DNA of 64,000 nt from contig CACCND010000005.1 of the NCBI GenBank assembly GCA_902547315.1, forward strand, positions 20,841-84,840, read 5' to 3'. The translations under genes were made by a program, and so were the position numbers. Shown one piece after another: positions 34,933-47,300 of this stretch (its first letter is position 1; each line of letters opens with the position of its first letter). The notes under the pieces are model-generated. The model searched no databases. It worked only from the letters and a program-made list of their open reading frames with translations, and was not told the DNA's origin. The stretch is from an uncultured Pelagibacteraceae bacterium. Its GTDB lineage: Bacteria > Pseudomonadota > Alphaproteobacteria > Pelagibacterales > AG-422-B15.

Positions 34933-35706
34933 CTAGCTTTTTAAATTTATATTTGAAATATAGAACATCATTATAGCTGCCGTATTTGATACATTTAGAC
35001 TTTCAAGATTATCACTCATTTTAATCTTAAGACTTTCGTCACATAGTGATTCCGTAATTTTTCTCATTCCCTTGTTCTCTGAACCTAAAACAAAAACAAT
35101 TTTATTTGGAAATTTTATATTTGTTATTAAGCTTTTAGCTTTCATGTCTAAGCCATAAATCCAATAACCATTTTCTTTTAACATCTTTATACAAGAGCTT
35201 ATATTTTGGATTTTAGTAAATGGTACTTTATCGATGGCACTGGATGCTGTTTTTGCTAAAAATGAATTTTCAGTTACTGAATTATTGTTTGTTAATATTA
35301 TACCATCAATGTTAAATGCAAGAGCAGATCTAAAAATTGCACCAACATTTTGTGGATCATCCAGCTGATCTAATAAAAAGATAATAGACCTCTCCTTATT
35401 TAAATTTTGTATAAAATCTGAAAGTTGGGGTGTCTGTATTTTTTCAACTCTTAGACAAATACCCTGATGATTTGATATACCCTTTAAGAGTAAGTCAATT
35501 TCATCTCTAGTTTTTTTAATGGATATGACATTCATATTTTCTAGTTTTATTTCATTTTTCAGTTTTTTTTCAGCTTCAGAAGTGAAATAAACTTCGTATT
35601 TAACTCTATTCTCATTCATTAGAGCCCCAACCACAGCATGATGGCCGTATATCCAGTAATCAGAATTTTGCCTTTTTTTTGGGAGTTTTTTTGATCTCTT
35701 ACTCAT
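34933..35706 (-). CDS. rlmB: 23S rRNA (guanosine-2'-O-)-methyltransferase RlmB-like (SpoU family)
   Basis: 257 aa; N-terminal substrate-binding domain (YGHHAVVGAL) and SPOUT motifs (DPQNVGAIFRSA, VLGSENKG, LNVSNTAAI). Confidence 0.8.
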   Translation of the reverse strand: MSKRSKKLPKKRQNSDYWIYGHHAVVGALMNENRVKYEVYFTSEAEKKLKNEIKLENMNVISIKKTRDEIDLLLKGISNHQGICLRVEKIQTPQLSDFIQNLNKERSIIFLLDQLDDPQNVGAIFRSALAFNIDGIILTNNNSVTENSFLAKTASSAIDKVPFTKIQNISSCIKMLKENGYWIYGLDMKAKSLITNIKFPNKIVFVLGSENKGMRKITESLCDESLKIKMSDNLESLNVSNTAAIMMFYISNINLKS

Positions 35707-35761
35707 TACCTCAATAATTTAACATTTATAATTTAATTAGGTTCAAAAATATTAATATTTA

Positions 35762-35790
35762 TTGATTTAGGGTCTTTTTTTCCATATAAG
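35762..35790 (+). promoter_or_regulatory. candidate sigma70-type promoter for tRNA-Tyr/tRNA-Gly/tuf
   Basis: TTGATT, 17-nt spacer, TATAAG, located ~65 nt upstream of tRNA-Tyr. Confidence 0.35.
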
Positions 35791-35856
35791 TCACCCCTTA
35801 AGGTTCTATAGACTAAGTCTAGGGAAACTTATCTTGAGATGTTGAAAACTATCTCG

Positions 35857-35941
35857 GGAGGGGTGCCCGAGTGGTTAAAGGGGACGGGCTGTAAACCCGT
35901 TAGCTATGCTTACGTTGGTTCGAATCCAACCCCCTCCACCA
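35857..35941 (+). tRNA. tRNA-Tyr (anticodon GUA)
   Basis: Acceptor stem GGAGGGG/CCCCTCC, anticodon loop CTGTAAA, long variable arm, T loop GGTTCGAATCC, CCA encoded. Confidence 0.9.
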
Positions 35942-35975
35942 CGTAAAGGTACCTTAGGGTAGCTTGAAGGAATAA

Positions 35976-36049
35976 GCGGGTGTAGCTTAGTGGTAAAGCT
36001 CCAGCCTTCCAAGCTGATTACGAGGGTTCGATTCCCTTCACCCGCTCCA
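35976..36049 (+). tRNA. tRNA-Gly (anticodon UCC)
   Basis: Acceptor stem GCGGGTG/CACCCGC, anticodon loop CTTCCAA, T loop GGTTCGATTCC, CCA encoded. Confidence 0.9.
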
Positions 36050-36086
36050 AAACAACGAAGACTAAAAACTGAGAGGAACAAAAAAA

Positions 36087-37277
36087 ATGGCTAAAGAAAA
36101 ATTCGATCGAAGTAAACCACACTGTAACGTAGGAACTATCGGTCACGTGGATCACGGTAAAACAACTTTGACCGCGGCAATAACAAAAGTATTATCAGAA
36201 TCAGGTGGAGCAGAATTTACTGCATATGATGCAATTGATAAGGCTCCCGAAGAAAAAGAACGTGGAATTACAATTTCAACAGCTCACGTTGAATACACAA
36301 CAGACGCAAGACACTATGCGCACGTTGATTGTCCAGGACACGCTGACTATGTAAAAAACATGATTACAGGTGCTGCGCAAATGGATGGAGCAATATTAGT
36401 TGTTAACGCTGCAGATGGACCAATGCCACAAACTAGAGAGCATATACTTCTTGCACGTCAGGTTGGTGTTCCTGCAATAGTTGTTTACTTGAATAAAGTT
36501 GATCAAGTCGACGATGCAGAATTATTAGAGCTTGTTGAAGTTGAGATCAGAGATATTCTCAATGAATATGAGTTTCCAGGTGATACTACTCCAATAGTTA
36601 AAGGTTCAGCTTTAGCAGCAGTTGAGAGTAGAGACGATGAAATTGGAAAAAATTCAATTGTGGAACTTATGAAAGCTGTAGACGATCATATCCCTCAACC
36701 TGAGCGTGATAAGGATAAGCCATTCCTTATGCCGATTGAGGATGTATTTTCAATATCTGGACGTGGCACTGTTTGTACAGGAAGAGTTGAAAGCGGTATT
36801 GTTAAAGTAGGTGAAGAGCTTGAAATAGTGGGTATTAAAGAAACTCAAAAAACAACCTGTACTGGAGTTGAGATGTTCCGAAAACTACTAGATACTGGTG
36901 AAGCAGGTGATAATATCGGTGCACTTTTAAGAGGCATTGAGAGAGACCAAGTTGAAAGAGGTCAAGTTCTTGCGCATGTTGGTTCTATTACGCCACATAC
37001 TAAATTCAAATGTGAAGCTTATGTATTGAAAAAAGAAGAAGGTGGTAGACACACTCCTTTCTTTACAAATTATCGTCCGCAGTTTTATTTTAGAACTACT
37101 GACGTTACTGGAGTTTGTAAGCTTCCTGATGGAACTGAGATGGTTATGCCTGGTGATAATATTGCAATGGAGATAGAACTCATAGCTCCAATTGCTATGG
37201 ATAAAGGTGTACGTTTTGCAATACGAGAAGGTGGACGTACAGTTGGATCAGGTGTTGTAACAGAAATTATCTCATAA
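36087..37277 (+). CDS. tuf: elongation factor Tu
   Basis: 396 aa; [15 protein letters not shown] and NKVD. Confidence 0.98.
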   Translation: MAKEKFDRSKPHCNVGTIGHVDHGKTTLTAAITKVLSESGGAEFTAYDAIDKAPEEKERGITISTAHVEYTTDARHYAHVDCPGHADYVKNMITGAAQMDGAILVVNAADGPMPQTREHILLARQVGVPAIVVYLNKVDQVDDAELLELVEVEIRDILNEYEFPGDTTPIVKGSALAAVESRDDEIGKNSIVELMKAVDDHIPQPERDKDKPFLMPIEDVFSISGRGTVCTGRVESGIVKVGEELEIVGIKETQKTTCTGVEMFRKLLDTGEAGDNIGALLRGIERDQVERGQVLAHVGSITPHTKFKCEAYVLKKEEGGRHTPFFTNYRPQFYFRTTDVTGVCKLPDGTEMVMPGDNIAMEIELIAPIAMDKGVRFAIREGGRTVGSGVVTEIIS

Positions 37278-37281
37278 CTGG

Positions 37282-37357
37282 AGGAGTGTAGCTCAACTGG
37301 TAGAGCACCGGTCTCCAAAACCGGGGGTTGGGGGTTCGAGTCCCTTCGCTCCTGCCA
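37282..37357 (+). tRNA. tRNA-Trp (anticodon CCA)
   Basis: AGGAGTGTAGCTCAACTGGTAGAGC..., anticodon loop CTCCAAA, and the classic position between tuf and secE. Confidence 0.9.
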
Positions 37358-37375
37358 ATAAAAGGTGAATTCTTT

Positions 37376-37564
37376 ATGAAACCATTTAAGTTCATTCAAG
37401 AAGTAAGAAGAGAAGGAGGTAAGGTTACTTGGCCAACTTCAAGGGAAACTCTCACAGGATCAATTATGGTTCTAATAATCACTGCATTTGCAGCAATATT
37501 TTTTTTAATTATAGACCAGATATTTAGCTTTGGTCTTGATAAACTTATAGGGATAGCAGTATAA
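37376..37564 (+). CDS. secE: preprotein translocase subunit SecE
   Basis: 62 aa starting at the internal ATG (MKPFKFIQEVRREGGKVTWPT...), with a single TM helix. The track's 37328 start overlaps tRNA-Trp. Confidence 0.9.
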   Translation: MKPFKFIQEVRREGGKVTWPTSRETLTGSIMVLIITAFAAIFFLIIDQIFSFGLDKLIGIAV

Positions 37565-37566
37565 CA

Positions 37567-38100
37567 ATGACCCATAAATGGTATATAGTTCATGCCTATT
37601 CGGGTTTTGAAAAAAAAGTAGCAGCAGCAATATCTGAAAAGGCTAAATCTAAAAACATTGAATCCTTTTTCAGTGATATAATTGTTCCAACTGAAGAAGT
37701 TGTGGAAGTAAAGAAAGGAAAAAAAAGGAATGCTGAAAGAAAATTTTTTCCTGGCTACGTTCTAACGAGAATGGAAATGACCGATGAAACATATCATATG
37801 GTTAAAAGTTTGCCAAAAGTTAGTGGTTTTCTTGGGCATACCCAAGGTAAGCCATCGGCAGTGCCCGAAAGTGAAATAAATAAGATTTTACAAGACATCG
37901 AAGAGGGTGTAACTAGTCCTAAGCCGTCAGTGACGTTTGAGGTTGGGGAGCAAGTAAGAGTGAGTGATGGACCATTCGCATCATTTAATGGTCTTATTGA
38001 AGAAATTGATGAAGAAAGAGCGAGAGTGAAAGTTTCGGTGTCAATTTTTGGAAGATCAACACCAGTTGAATTAGAATATACACAAGTTGAAAAAGCATAA
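37567..38100 (+). CDS. nusG: transcription termination/antitermination factor NusG
   Basis: 177 aa; [14 protein letters not shown] and a KOW motif. Confidence 0.95.
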   Translation: MTHKWYIVHAYSGFEKKVAAAISEKAKSKNIESFFSDIIVPTEEVVEVKKGKKRNAERKFFPGYVLTRMEMTDETYHMVKSLPKVSGFLGHTQGKPSAVPESEINKILQDIEEGVTSPKPSVTFEVGEQVRVSDGPFASFNGLIEEIDEERARVKVSVSIFGRSTPVELEYTQVEKA

Positions 38101-38528
38101 TGGCAAAAGAAGTTGAAGGAACATTAAAATTACAAGTACCCGCGGGACAAGCTAACCCTTCACCCCCAGTAGGTCCAGCATTGGGGCAAAGAGGTATTAA
38201 TATAATGGATTTTTGTAAAATGTTTAATGACAAATCTAAGAGTGAGCAACCAGGAGTGATGCTTCCTGTTGTTGTTACTTACTATACTGATAAAAGTTTC
38301 ACTATGGAGATAAAACTTCCTCCTGCCTCTTTTTTTATTAAAGAAGCTCTGAAGATAAAAAAAGGCTCTAAAGAACCTGGAAGAGATATGATTGCTTCAA
38401 TTTCAATAAAGCAATGTGAAGAAATAGCTGAAAAAAAACTAAAAGATTTAAATGCAAATACCATTGAGCAAGGCGTTAAAATAATTGTTGGATCAGCAAG
38501 GTCAATGGGAATTGAGGTTGTAAGCTAA
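38100..38528 (+). CDS. rplK: 50S ribosomal protein L11
   Basis: [26 protein letters not shown]. Confidence 0.97.
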   Translation: MAKEVEGTLKLQVPAGQANPSPPVGPALGQRGINIMDFCKMFNDKSKSEQPGVMLPVVVTYYTDKSFTMEIKLPPASFFIKEALKIKKGSKEPGRDMIASISIKQCEEIAEKKLKDLNANTIEQGVKIIVGSARSMGIEVVS

Positions 38529-39211
38529 TGGGAAAAAGGTTGAAAATGATCGAAGAAAAGAATGATTACTCTAGTTATTTTAGTTTAGAGGAAGCTGTAG
38601 AGTTAGCGATAAAATCGTCCACGACTAAATTTATTGAGACAATTGATATTTGTATGAATTTGAATATTGACCCTAAAAATGGAGAACAAAATGTTAGGGG
38701 TAAGGTTAAACTTCCCATTGGACTAGGTAAGCAAATTAAAGTTTGTGTTTTTGCAAATGAAGATAAACAACAAGAGGCAAAAGATGCTGGGGCAGATATC
38801 GTAGGCGCTGATGAACTTATAAGTAAAGTTGAGAACGGTTTTGTTGATTTTGATAAGTGTATATCGACACCGGATATGATGTCAAAAGTTGGGAAGTTAG
38901 GAAAAGTCTTGGGGCCAAGAAATTTAATGCCAAATCCAAAGTTAGGAAGTGTAACTAATGATTTAAAAAAAGCAGTAGATGATGCAAAGGCAGGTGAAAT
39001 AGAATTTAGAAATAATGATACTCTTATTCATGCTGCTATCGCTAAAGCAAACTTTCAAAATCAAGATATAATGAATAATATTAAATACTTCTTCAACACA
39101 ATCTTAAAAGAACGCCCATCAGGTGTTAAGGGTGATTTTGTAAAAAAAGTCACTATAAGTCCCACTATGGGCCCGGGTATCAATATTGATTTAGGATCAC
39201 TAGGAGCATAG
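38528..39211 (+). CDS. rplA: 50S ribosomal protein L1
   Basis: 227 aa, L1 signature region and operon position. Confidence 0.95.
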   Translation: MGKRLKMIEEKNDYSSYFSLEEAVELAIKSSTTKFIETIDICMNLNIDPKNGEQNVRGKVKLPIGLGKQIKVCVFANEDKQQEAKDAGADIVGADELISKVENGFVDFDKCISTPDMMSKVGKLGKVLGPRNLMPNPKLGSVTNDLKKAVDDAKAGEIEFRNNDTLIHAAIAKANFQNQDIMNNIKYFFNTILKERPSGVKGDFVKKVTISPTMGPGINIDLGSLGA

Positions 39212-39213
39212 TT

Positions 39214-39720
39214 GTGAATAGAGAGCAAAAAGAAACATTTATAAATAATTTAAAATCTATTTTAAATGAAAATAATCTCGTCTTAGTATTCCATTACCGG
39301 GGAATGTCTATGAGTGAAATGACTGATTTAAGAGTTAAGTCATTTAACATGGGGTGTAATATAAAGGTTACAAAAAATAGACTCACCAAGTTAGCTTTAT
39401 CCGGTACAGAAAAAGAGGCACTAACTAACTTCTTTGACGGACCTACTGCAATAGCCTATTCAAATGATCCAGTACAGCTAACGAAGCTTTTGACTAATTT
39501 TGCCAAGAATAACAGCAACTTAGTTATTATTGGAGGCATAATGGATAATGAAATTTTAAGTGTTGAAAAAATTGAAATTTTATCTAAATTGCCATCTCTC
39601 GAGGAAATAAGGGCACAATTAATAGGTTTGATTAGTTCACCGGCACAAAAAATTGCTTCAATCTTAACTACGCCGTCTGGTGACCTGGCAAGAGTACTTA
39701 ATGCTTATAGCGTAAAATAA
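39214..39720 (+). CDS. rplJ: 50S ribosomal protein L10
   Basis: GTG start, 168 aa, located between rplA and rplL. Confidence 0.9.
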   Translation: MNREQKETFINNLKSILNENNLVLVFHYRGMSMSEMTDLRVKSFNMGCNIKVTKNRLTKLALSGTEKEALTNFFDGPTAIAYSNDPVQLTKLLTNFAKNNSNLVIIGGIMDNEILSVEKIEILSKLPSLEEIRAQLIGLISSPAQKIASILTTPSGDLARVLNAYSVK

Positions 39721-39753
39721 TATTAAAGAGATTAAAAAAGAAAGGGAATAAAT

Positions 39754-40134
39754 ATGGCTGACCTCCAACAAATAGTTGACCAATTATCTGACTTAACGGT
39801 TATTGAAGCTGCTGAGTTATCTAAAATGCTTGAAGAAAAGTGGGGCGTTTCTGCTGCCGCACCAGTTGCTGTTGCTGCTGCAGGTGCATCACCAGCTGGG
39901 GAATCAGCTGCTGCTGAGGAAAAAGATGAGTTTACAATTGTACTTGCTGCTGCAGGCGATAAAAAAATTAATGTCATTAAAGAAGTTAGAACTATTACTG
40001 GTCTTGGACTAAAAGAGGCAAAAGATTTAGTTGAAGGTGCTCCAAAAGAATTAAAGACTGGTGTATCAAAAGATGAAGCTAATGGTTTTAAAGAAAAGCT
40101 AGAAGCCGCAGGTGCAACTGTAGAACTTAAATAA
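39754..40134 (+). CDS. rplL: 50S ribosomal protein L7/L12
   Basis: Ala-rich hinge and C-terminal domain [24 protein letters not shown]. Confidence 0.97.
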   Translation: MADLQQIVDQLSDLTVIEAAELSKMLEEKWGVSAAAPVAVAAAGASPAGESAAAEEKDEFTIVLAAAGDKKINVIKEVRTITGLGLKEAKDLVEGAPKELKTGVSKDEANGFKEKLEAAGATVELK

Positions 40135-40181
40135 TTAACAATATTTTTTAAACTAATAGTTTGTAAATCAAGCTGTTAGTA

Positions 40182-43100
40182 ATGGGCAAATATACATTGA
40201 TGGCTAATTTATTATCTTTCACCGAGCGAAAAAGAGTTCGAAAAAACTTTGGTAAGCTAAAAGAAGTTTCAAAATTTCCAAATCTAATTGAAATACAAAA
40301 AAAATCTTATGAAGATTTCTTACTCGAGGACTACAACACACCAGAAAGACCAGATAGGGGCTTGCAAAAAGTTTTTAAAAGCGTCTTTCCATTAGAAGAT
40401 TTTTCTGGTTCAGCTAGAATTGAGTATATTGAGTATGACTTTCAGTCCCCTAAGTTTGACGTTGATGAATGTCGTCAAAGAGATAAAACTTACGCAGCTC
40501 CGCTAAACGTAAAACTAAGATTAATTGTTTTTGATATCGATGAGGAAACTGAATCTAGAACAGTGAAAGATATAAAAGAACAAGAAATATACCTTTGCGA
40601 CCTACCTTTGATGACCCAGAAAGGAACATTCATTACTAATGGAACGGAGAGAGTCGTTGTCAGCCAAATGCATAGAAGCCCTGGTGTATTTTTTGACCAT
40701 GATAATGGAAAAACTCACTCTAGTGGTAAGCTGCTTTTCGGAGCAAGAGTAATACCTTACAGGGGTTCTTGGCTGGATATAGAATTTGATCATAAGGATA
40801 TTATCCATTGTAGGATTGATAGAAAGAAAAAAATTCCCATAACAACTTTCCTCATGGCAATGGGAGTAAAAAGAGATGAGATACTATCAATGTTTTATAA
40901 TACTGAAACCTATTCTCTAGACACAAAAAATAATAAATGGAAAGTTAGCTTTAACCCAAAGAATATTAAGACTGGAAAATTACAAAAAAGTTTGGTTAAT
41001 GCTGCAAATGGTAAAGTTGCGGTAAAGCAAGGAACTAAAATAAATCCCGCCATAGCAAAAAAACTCTTTAATGACGGCTTAAAATCCTTGCTAATAGATA
41101 GTGATGATATTTTAGGCAAATTTATTGCTGAGGATATTATTAATGAAAAAACTGGTGAAATATATTTTGAGTCATCGGACGAAATTACTCTTGAGGCATT
41201 AGAAAAGCTAAAAGAACTTAAAATAAATAAAATACCTGTCTTAGAGATTGATGGAATTAATATTGGGTCATTTATCAGAGATACTCTTAGGGTTGACAAA
41301 AATCAAAGTCCGGAGGAAGCAGTTGTTGAGATATATAAAGTATTACGTCCAGGTGAGCCTCCTAATTTAGAAACTGCATTTGAAGTCTTTAATTCATTAT
41401 TTTTTAAATCAGAAAAGTATGACTTATCAGATGTTGGAAGAGTTAAAATGAATTATAGATTAAATATTGACTGCGAAGATACAGTCACTGTATTGAGAAG
41501 TGAAGATGTAATTGAAGTAATAAAAACAGTTATGGATTTGAGAACTGGCAAAGGTGAGGTTGATGATATTGATCACCTTGGTAATCGAAGAGTTAGGTCA
41601 GTAGGAGAGTTAGTCGAAAATCAATTCAGAATGGGTCTTATTAGAATGGAAAGGTCTATAAAAGAAAGAATGAATTCTTTAGAAGTTGATGCTGCTACTC
41701 CTCAAGACATTATTAATGCTAAGCCACTTGTTGCATCTCTAAAAGAATTTTTTGGTACATCGCAACTATCTCAGTTTATGGATCAGACTAACCCATTGGC
41801 AGAAATTACTCATAAGAGAAGACTCTCAGCTCTTGGTCCTGGAGGTCTAAGTAGAGAAAGAGCGGGGTTTGAAGTAAGAGATGTTCATCCAACGCACTAC
41901 GGACGCATATGTCCAATCGAAACACCGGAAGGTCCTAATATTGGATTGATTAATAGCCTGGCCTCGCATGCACGCGTGAATCAATATGGATTTATTGAGA
42001 GTCCTTATAGAAAGGTTGTAAAAGGTAAGGTTACTAATGATGTGGAATATCTACCCGCAATGGAAGAAGCAGATTATACAATTGCCCAGGCAAACAGCGA
42101 GTTAGATGATAAGGGAGCATTTATAACAAAATTAGTTTCTTGCAGAAGAAATGGTGATTTTGTGATGACCGTTCCTGAAGAAATTGACTACATGGACGTA
42201 TCACCAAAGCAAGTCGTATCCTGCGCTGCATCTTTAATACCATTTTTAGAAAATGACGACGCGAACAGGGCACTAATGGGGTCTAATATGATGAGGCAGG
42301 CTGTTCCATTAATACAAGCTGAATCTCCACTTGTAGGAACAGGTGTTGAAAAAGTAGTTGCAGTTGATTCTGGTGTAACTATCGTCGCAAATCGAGATGG
42401 TATTGTCGATAAAATAGACGGCAAGAGAATTGTTGTAAGAGTTACTGAAAAAATTAAAACTACAGAGTCAGGAGTTGACATTTATACTCTTCAGAAATTT
42501 CAAAGATCTAATCAAAGTACATGTATAAATCAAAGACCTCTTGTTAAAGTTGGAGATAAGGTTGCTAAGGGCGATATTATTGCTGATGGACCTTCTACTC
42601 ATTTTGGTGAACTTGGCTTAGGTCGCAATGTTGTTGTGGCATTTATGCCTTGGAGAGGGTACAACTTTGAAGACTCAATTCTTATTTCAGAGAAAATTGT
42701 TCAGGAAGATAAATTTACATCAATCCACATTGAAGAATTTGAGGTCATGTCAAGAGATACAAAATTAGGATCAGAAGAAATTACAAGAGATATACCAAAT
42801 GCCGGTGATGAGATGTTAAGAAATCTTGATGAAGCAGGAATTGTATATGTCGGTGCAGATGTTAACCCTGGTGATATTTTAGTTGGTAAAGTCACTCCAA
42901 AAGGAGAGAGCCCAGTCACACCAGAGGAAAAGCTATTAAGAGCAATTTTTGGTGAAAAAGCAACTGATGTTAAAGATACATCTTTAAGATTACCGCCTGG
43001 TTCAAGTGGTATTGTTGTAGATGTAAAAGTATTCAATAGATATGGAATTGAAAAAGATGATAGGGCACTATCTATTGAAAGAGACGAAATAGAAAAGCTT

Positions 43101-44303
43101 GCAAACGATAGAGAGGCTGAATTAGGAATCTTAAACAGAAATATCAAAGAAAGACTTGATACACTTATCGTAGGTAAGTCAGTATCAGAAACACCAGAAA
43201 ATATAGAAAAGAAAAACAGTTATAATGAACCTGATCTAGCAAATATAAAATTAGACTCACTTTGGAAAATTAAGCTACAGAATACTAACGATCAGGTAGA
43301 GGTCGATAATTTAAAAAAACAGTACGATATAGCTAGAGGTGCGATACAGTCTAGATTTGATAATAAGGTTGATAAAGTTCAACGGGGTGATGAACTCCTA
43401 CCAGGTGTTATGAAAATGGTTAAAGTATTTGTGGCTGTTAAGAGAAAACTGCAACCTGGAGATAAAATGGCTGGTAGACACGGCAATAAAGGTGTGATCA
43501 GTAAAATCGCGCCTGTTGAGGATATGCCATATTTGGAAGATGGAAGAACTGTAGATATAGTATTAAATCCTCTTGGTGTGCCAAGTAGAATGAATGTTGG
43601 TCAAATTTTAGAGACCCACTTAGGTTGGGCATGCGCAGGGATTGGTGAAATAATTAACAAATCCCTTAATCAGTATAAATCTACCAACGATCATTCAGTG
43701 ATCGGACAGTCCCTAGAGAAAGTTTATGGCAAGGAGCAATTCAAGAATGAGATTTCATCTTTAAGTAAGGATGAACAACGCGAACTTGCTATTAATATCG
43801 CATCAGGTGTTCCAATTAAAACTCCAGTATTTGACGGAGCATCAGAGTCAGAAATATCTGATATGCTCGGTGAAGCAGGGTTTGATACAAGTGGTCAAAC
43901 ACAGCTTTGGGACGGCTTAACTGGTGAAAAATTTGAGCGTAAAGTTACGGTAGGATATATTTATATGCTTAAGTTACATCATCTTGTTGATGATAAAATT
44001 CATGCAAGATCTATAGGCCCTTATAGTCTGGTAACTCAACAGCCGTTGGGAGGTAAGGCTCAGTTTGGTGGACAAAGATTTGGGGAAATGGAGGTGTGGG
44101 CATTAGAAGCGTATGGTGCTGCATATACTTTACAAGAAATATTGACAGTTAAATCAGACGATGTGGCTGGAAGAACAAAGGTTTATGAAACCATAATAAG
44201 AGGAGAGGATGTATTTCAATCAGGCACACCAGAATCATTTAATGTGCTGATCAAGGAAATAAGATCTTTAGGTCTAAATATTGAACTATCAAATCTAAGT
44301 TAG
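40182..44303 (+). CDS. rpoB: DNA-directed RNA polymerase subunit beta
   Basis: 1373 aa with canonical RpoB motifs. An alternative start at 40200 ([18 protein letters not shown]) would align better with other RpoB N-termini. Confidence 0.97.
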   Translation: MGKYTLMANLLSFTERKRVRKNFGKLKEVSKFPNLIEIQKKSYEDFLLEDYNTPERPDRGLQKVFKSVFPLEDFSGSARIEYIEYDFQSPKFDVDECRQRDKTYAAPLNVKLRLIVFDIDEETESRTVKDIKEQEIYLCDLPLMTQKGTFITNGTERVVVSQMHRSPGVFFDHDNGKTHSSGKLLFGARVIPYRGSWLDIEFDHKDIIHCRIDRKKKIPITTFLMAMGVKRDEILSMFYNTETYSLDTKNNKWKVSFNPKNIKTGKLQKSLVNAANGKVAVKQGTKINPAIAKKLFNDGLKSLLIDSDDILGKFIAEDIINEKTGEIYFESSDEITLEALEKLKELKINKIPVLEIDGINIGSFIRDTLRVDKNQSPEEAVVEIYKVLRPGEPPNLETAFEVFNSLFFKSEKYDLSDVGRVKMNYRLNIDCEDTVTVLRSEDVIEVIKTVMDLRTGKGEVDDIDHLGNRRVRSVGELVENQFRMGLIRMERSIKERMNSLEVDAATPQDIINAKPLVASLKEFFGTSQLSQFMDQTNPLAEITHKRRLSALGPGGLSRERAGFEVRDVHPTHYGRICPIETPEGPNIGLINSLASHARVNQYGFIESPYRKVVKGKVTNDVEYLPAMEEADYTIAQANSELDDKGAFITKLVSCRRNGDFVMTVPEEIDYMDVSPKQVVSCAASLIPFLENDDANRALMGSNMMRQAVPLIQAESPLVGTGVEKVVAVDSGVTIVANRDGIVDKIDGKRIVVRVTEKIKTTESGVDIYTLQKFQRSNQSTCINQRPLVKVGDKVAKGDIIADGPSTHFGELGLGRNVVVAFMPWRGYNFEDSILISEKIVQEDKFTSIHIEEFEVMSRDTKLGSEEITRDIPNAGDEMLRNLDEAGIVYVGADVNPGDILVGKVTPKGESPVTPEEKLLRAIFGEKATDVKDTSLRLPPGSSGIVVDVKVFNRYGIEKDDRALSIERDEIEKLANDREAELGILNRNIKERLDTLIVGKSVSETPENIEKKNSYNEPDLANIKLDSLWKIKLQNTNDQVEVDNLKKQYDIARGAIQSRFDNKVDKVQRGDELLPGVMKMVKVFVAVKRKLQPGDKMAGRHGNKGVISKIAPVEDMPYLEDGRTVDIVLNPLGVPSRMNVGQILETHLGWACAGIGEIINKSLNQYKSTNDHSVIGQSLEKVYGKEQFKNEISSLSKDEQRELAINIASGVPIKTPVFDGASESEISDMLGEAGFDTSGQTQLWDGLTGEKFERKVTVGYIYMLKLHHLVDDKIHARSIGPYSLVTQQPLGGKAQFGGQRFGEMEVWALEAYGAAYTLQEILTVKSDDVAGRTKVYETIIRGEDVFQSGTPESFNVLIKEIRSLGLNIELSNLS

Positions 44304-44310
44304 GAATTTT

Positions 44311-47300
44311 ATGAGTCAATCTTTAATGAATATATTTAATCCTGCGGCATCACGAGATGATTTCAATCAGGTTAAGATTTCAATCGCAAGTCCTGAACGA
44401 ATCCTTTCTTGGTCTTACGGTGAAATCAAAAAGCCAGAAACAATAAATTATAGAACGTTCAAACCTGAAAGGGACGGCTTATTTTGCGCGCGTATATTTG
44501 GTCCAATAAAAGATTATGAGTGTCTTTGTGGTAAATACAAAAGAATGAAATTCAAAGGCATTATTTGCGAAAAGTGTGGAGTTGAAGTCACAAAAAAAGA
44601 CGTTAGACGTGAAAGAATGGGTCACATACAACTCGCAGCTCCAGTTGCACATATATGGTTCTTAAAATCCCTTCCAAGTCGCATTGCGCTTATGATGGAT
44701 ATGAAACTAAAAGATTTGGAAAAGGTTCTTTACTTTGAAAAATTTATGGTCACTGAGCCTGGCCTTACCCCATTAATTCAAAATCAATTACTTGATGAAG
44801 AAGAATTAGAAAAAGCACGCGAAGAATATGGAGAAGACTCATTTTCTGCCGGCATTGGTGCAGAGGCAGTCAGAAAAGTCCTTGAACGTATTGAGCTTGT
44901 TCCGGAATTAGAGCTTTTACGTTCAAAGCTATCAGAAACAAAGGCTGTTGCTCTCTCAGAAAAATTAGTAAAAAGAATAAAAATATTTGAGGCATTTATT
45001 AACTCTGGAAATAGACCTGAGTGGATGATACTCACGTCTGTGCCTGTGATTCCACCTGAACTGAGGCCGTTAGTTCCTTTGGATGGTGGAAGATTTGCTT
45101 CTTCTGATTTAAATGATTTGTACAGAAGGGTAATAAATAGAAATAATAGATTATCAAGATTAATTGAACTCAAAGCCCCTGATATCATCATTAGAAATGA
45201 AAAGAGAATGCTGCAAGAGTCAGTTGATGCACTGTTCGACAATGGTCGAAGAGGAAGAGTAATTACAGGTACAAATAAAAGACCTTTAAAGTCCCTAGCA
45301 GAAATGTTGAAAGGTAAGCAGGGACGATTTAGACAAAACTTACTGGGCAAAAGGGTCGACTATTCAGGCAGATCAGTAATTGTTGTTGGTCCAGAACTAA
45401 AGCTTCATCAGTGTGGTTTGCCTAAAAAGATGGCAATAGAACTATTTAAACCTTTTATCTACGCTAGATTAGAATCTCTTGGATTAGCTACCACTTTAAA
45501 GCAGGCAAAAAAAATGGTTGAGAAAGAAAGACCTGAGGTATGGGATGTCTTGGATAGAGTAATAAGAGAACATCCAGTAATTCTAAACAGAGCTCCCACT
45601 CTTCATAGATTAGGAGTTCAAGCCTTTGAACCAGTTTTAATTGAGGGAAAAGCAATTCAACTTCACCCACTTGTTTGTACTGCATTTAATGCTGATTTTG
45701 ATGGCGATCAAATGGCTGTGCATGTTCCCCTCAGCTTGGAGGCTCAGTTAGAGGCAAGAGTTCTAATGATGTCTACTAATAATATTTTAAATCCAGCTAA
45801 TGGAAAACCAGTTATTGTACCTAGCCAGGATATTGTTTTAGGTATTTATTATTTATCGCAGGACAAAGAAAATGAGCCAGGACAAGGCGCTGTTTACAAA
45901 GATATATTTGAAGTGCAACAAGCTTTAGAAAATAATGTAACGACTGTGCATGCGAAGATACACGCAAGGATTACCTATGTAGATCAGAATAACAATGAAA
46001 GCATTAAAAGAATTGAAACTACTCCTGGTAGAATGCTTTTATGGAATTTAATTCCACAACATAAAGATCTAGATCCAAAACTAGTTAACAGGTTGCTTGG
46101 AAAAAAAGAAATTTCAAATTTAATTGATACCGTTTATAGGTATTGCGGTCAAAAGGATACTGTAATATTTGCTGATAAATTAATGGCTCTTGGATTTCAT
46201 TTTGCCTATAAGGCAGGTATTTCTTTTGGTAAAGATGATATGATTATACCTGCGTCAAAGGAAAATTTAGTATCAGAAACAGCTGAGCAAATTGAAAAAT
46301 ATGAGAAGCAATATAATGATGGATTAATAACCAATAGGGAAAAATATAATAAAGTTATAGATGCCTGGGCTAAATGTACTGATAGAGTGGCACAAGAAAT
46401 GATGAATGAAATTTCATCAAGAAAAGTTGATGAAACTACAAATAGGGAAAAGCCAATTAACTCAATTTATATGATGGCAAATTCTGGTGCACGAGGATCC
46501 GCTGCACAAATGAAACAACTATCAGGAATGAGGGGGCTAATGGCTAAACCATCAGGGGATATTATTGAAACACCTATAATTTCAAATTTCAAAGAGGGTC
46601 TTAATGTACTTGAATATTTTAATTCAACTCATGGAGCTAGAAAGGGACTAGCTGACACCGCATTAAAAACTGCAAACTCTGGTTATTTGACCAGACGTCT
46701 CTGTGACGTTGCACAGGACTGTACAATCTCTGAAAAGGATTGCGGCACCGAAAAAGGTGTATGGATTTCTGATGTAGTTGAAGGTGGTGAAGTTATTATA
46801 TCAATTGCTGATAGATTATTGGGCAGATACTTGCAGAATGAAATAAATCATCCTGTAACAGGCGAAAATATTGCAAAAAAAGGTGACTATATAGATGAAA
46901 CTCTAGCTGATAAAATTGAAACAGCTGGAGTTCAAAGTGCTTACATTAGGTCCCCACTTACTTGTGATAGCAAAAGGGGTATTTGCGTTAAATGTTATGG
47001 TCGCGATCTAGCTAGAGGTTTTATTGTTAATGAGGGTGAAGCTGTTGGAATGATTGCTGCACAGTCAATTGGTGAGCCAGGAACACAGCTTACAATGAGA
47101 ACTTTTCATATAGGGGGTGCCGCACAAATTAATGACCAGTCATTTATTGAAATTAATACAGATGGAATTTTTAAAATTTTAAACAAAAATACTGTAGAAG
47201 ATAGCAATAAAGATCTGATTGTTATGGGAAGAAATTGTCAGCTTGCTATTCAAGATGAAAATGGCAGAGAGTTAGCAAATTATAAAGTTCCTTATGGTAC

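Noticed and set aside
34846-34944. 32-aa hydrophobic mini-ORF (MKKFLDFIGGQIALAYLVVFFILVISMIALAF) between tRNA-Thr and rlmB
   Set aside because: It may be real, but it is very short, the GGAG is only about 1-2 nt from the ATG, and it overlaps the rlmB 3' end. There is not enough evidence to call it.
35875-37399. Minus-strand ORFs 35875-36081 and 37085-37399
   Set aside because: They overlap tRNA-Tyr/tRNA-Gly and tuf/tRNA-Trp respectively, so they are artefacts of structured or GC-richer RNA genes.
39732-40012. ORFs 39732-39977 (minus strand) and 39803-40012 (plus strand) over rplL
   Set aside because: They are products of the Ala-rich, GC-rich hinge of L7/L12 read in other frames.
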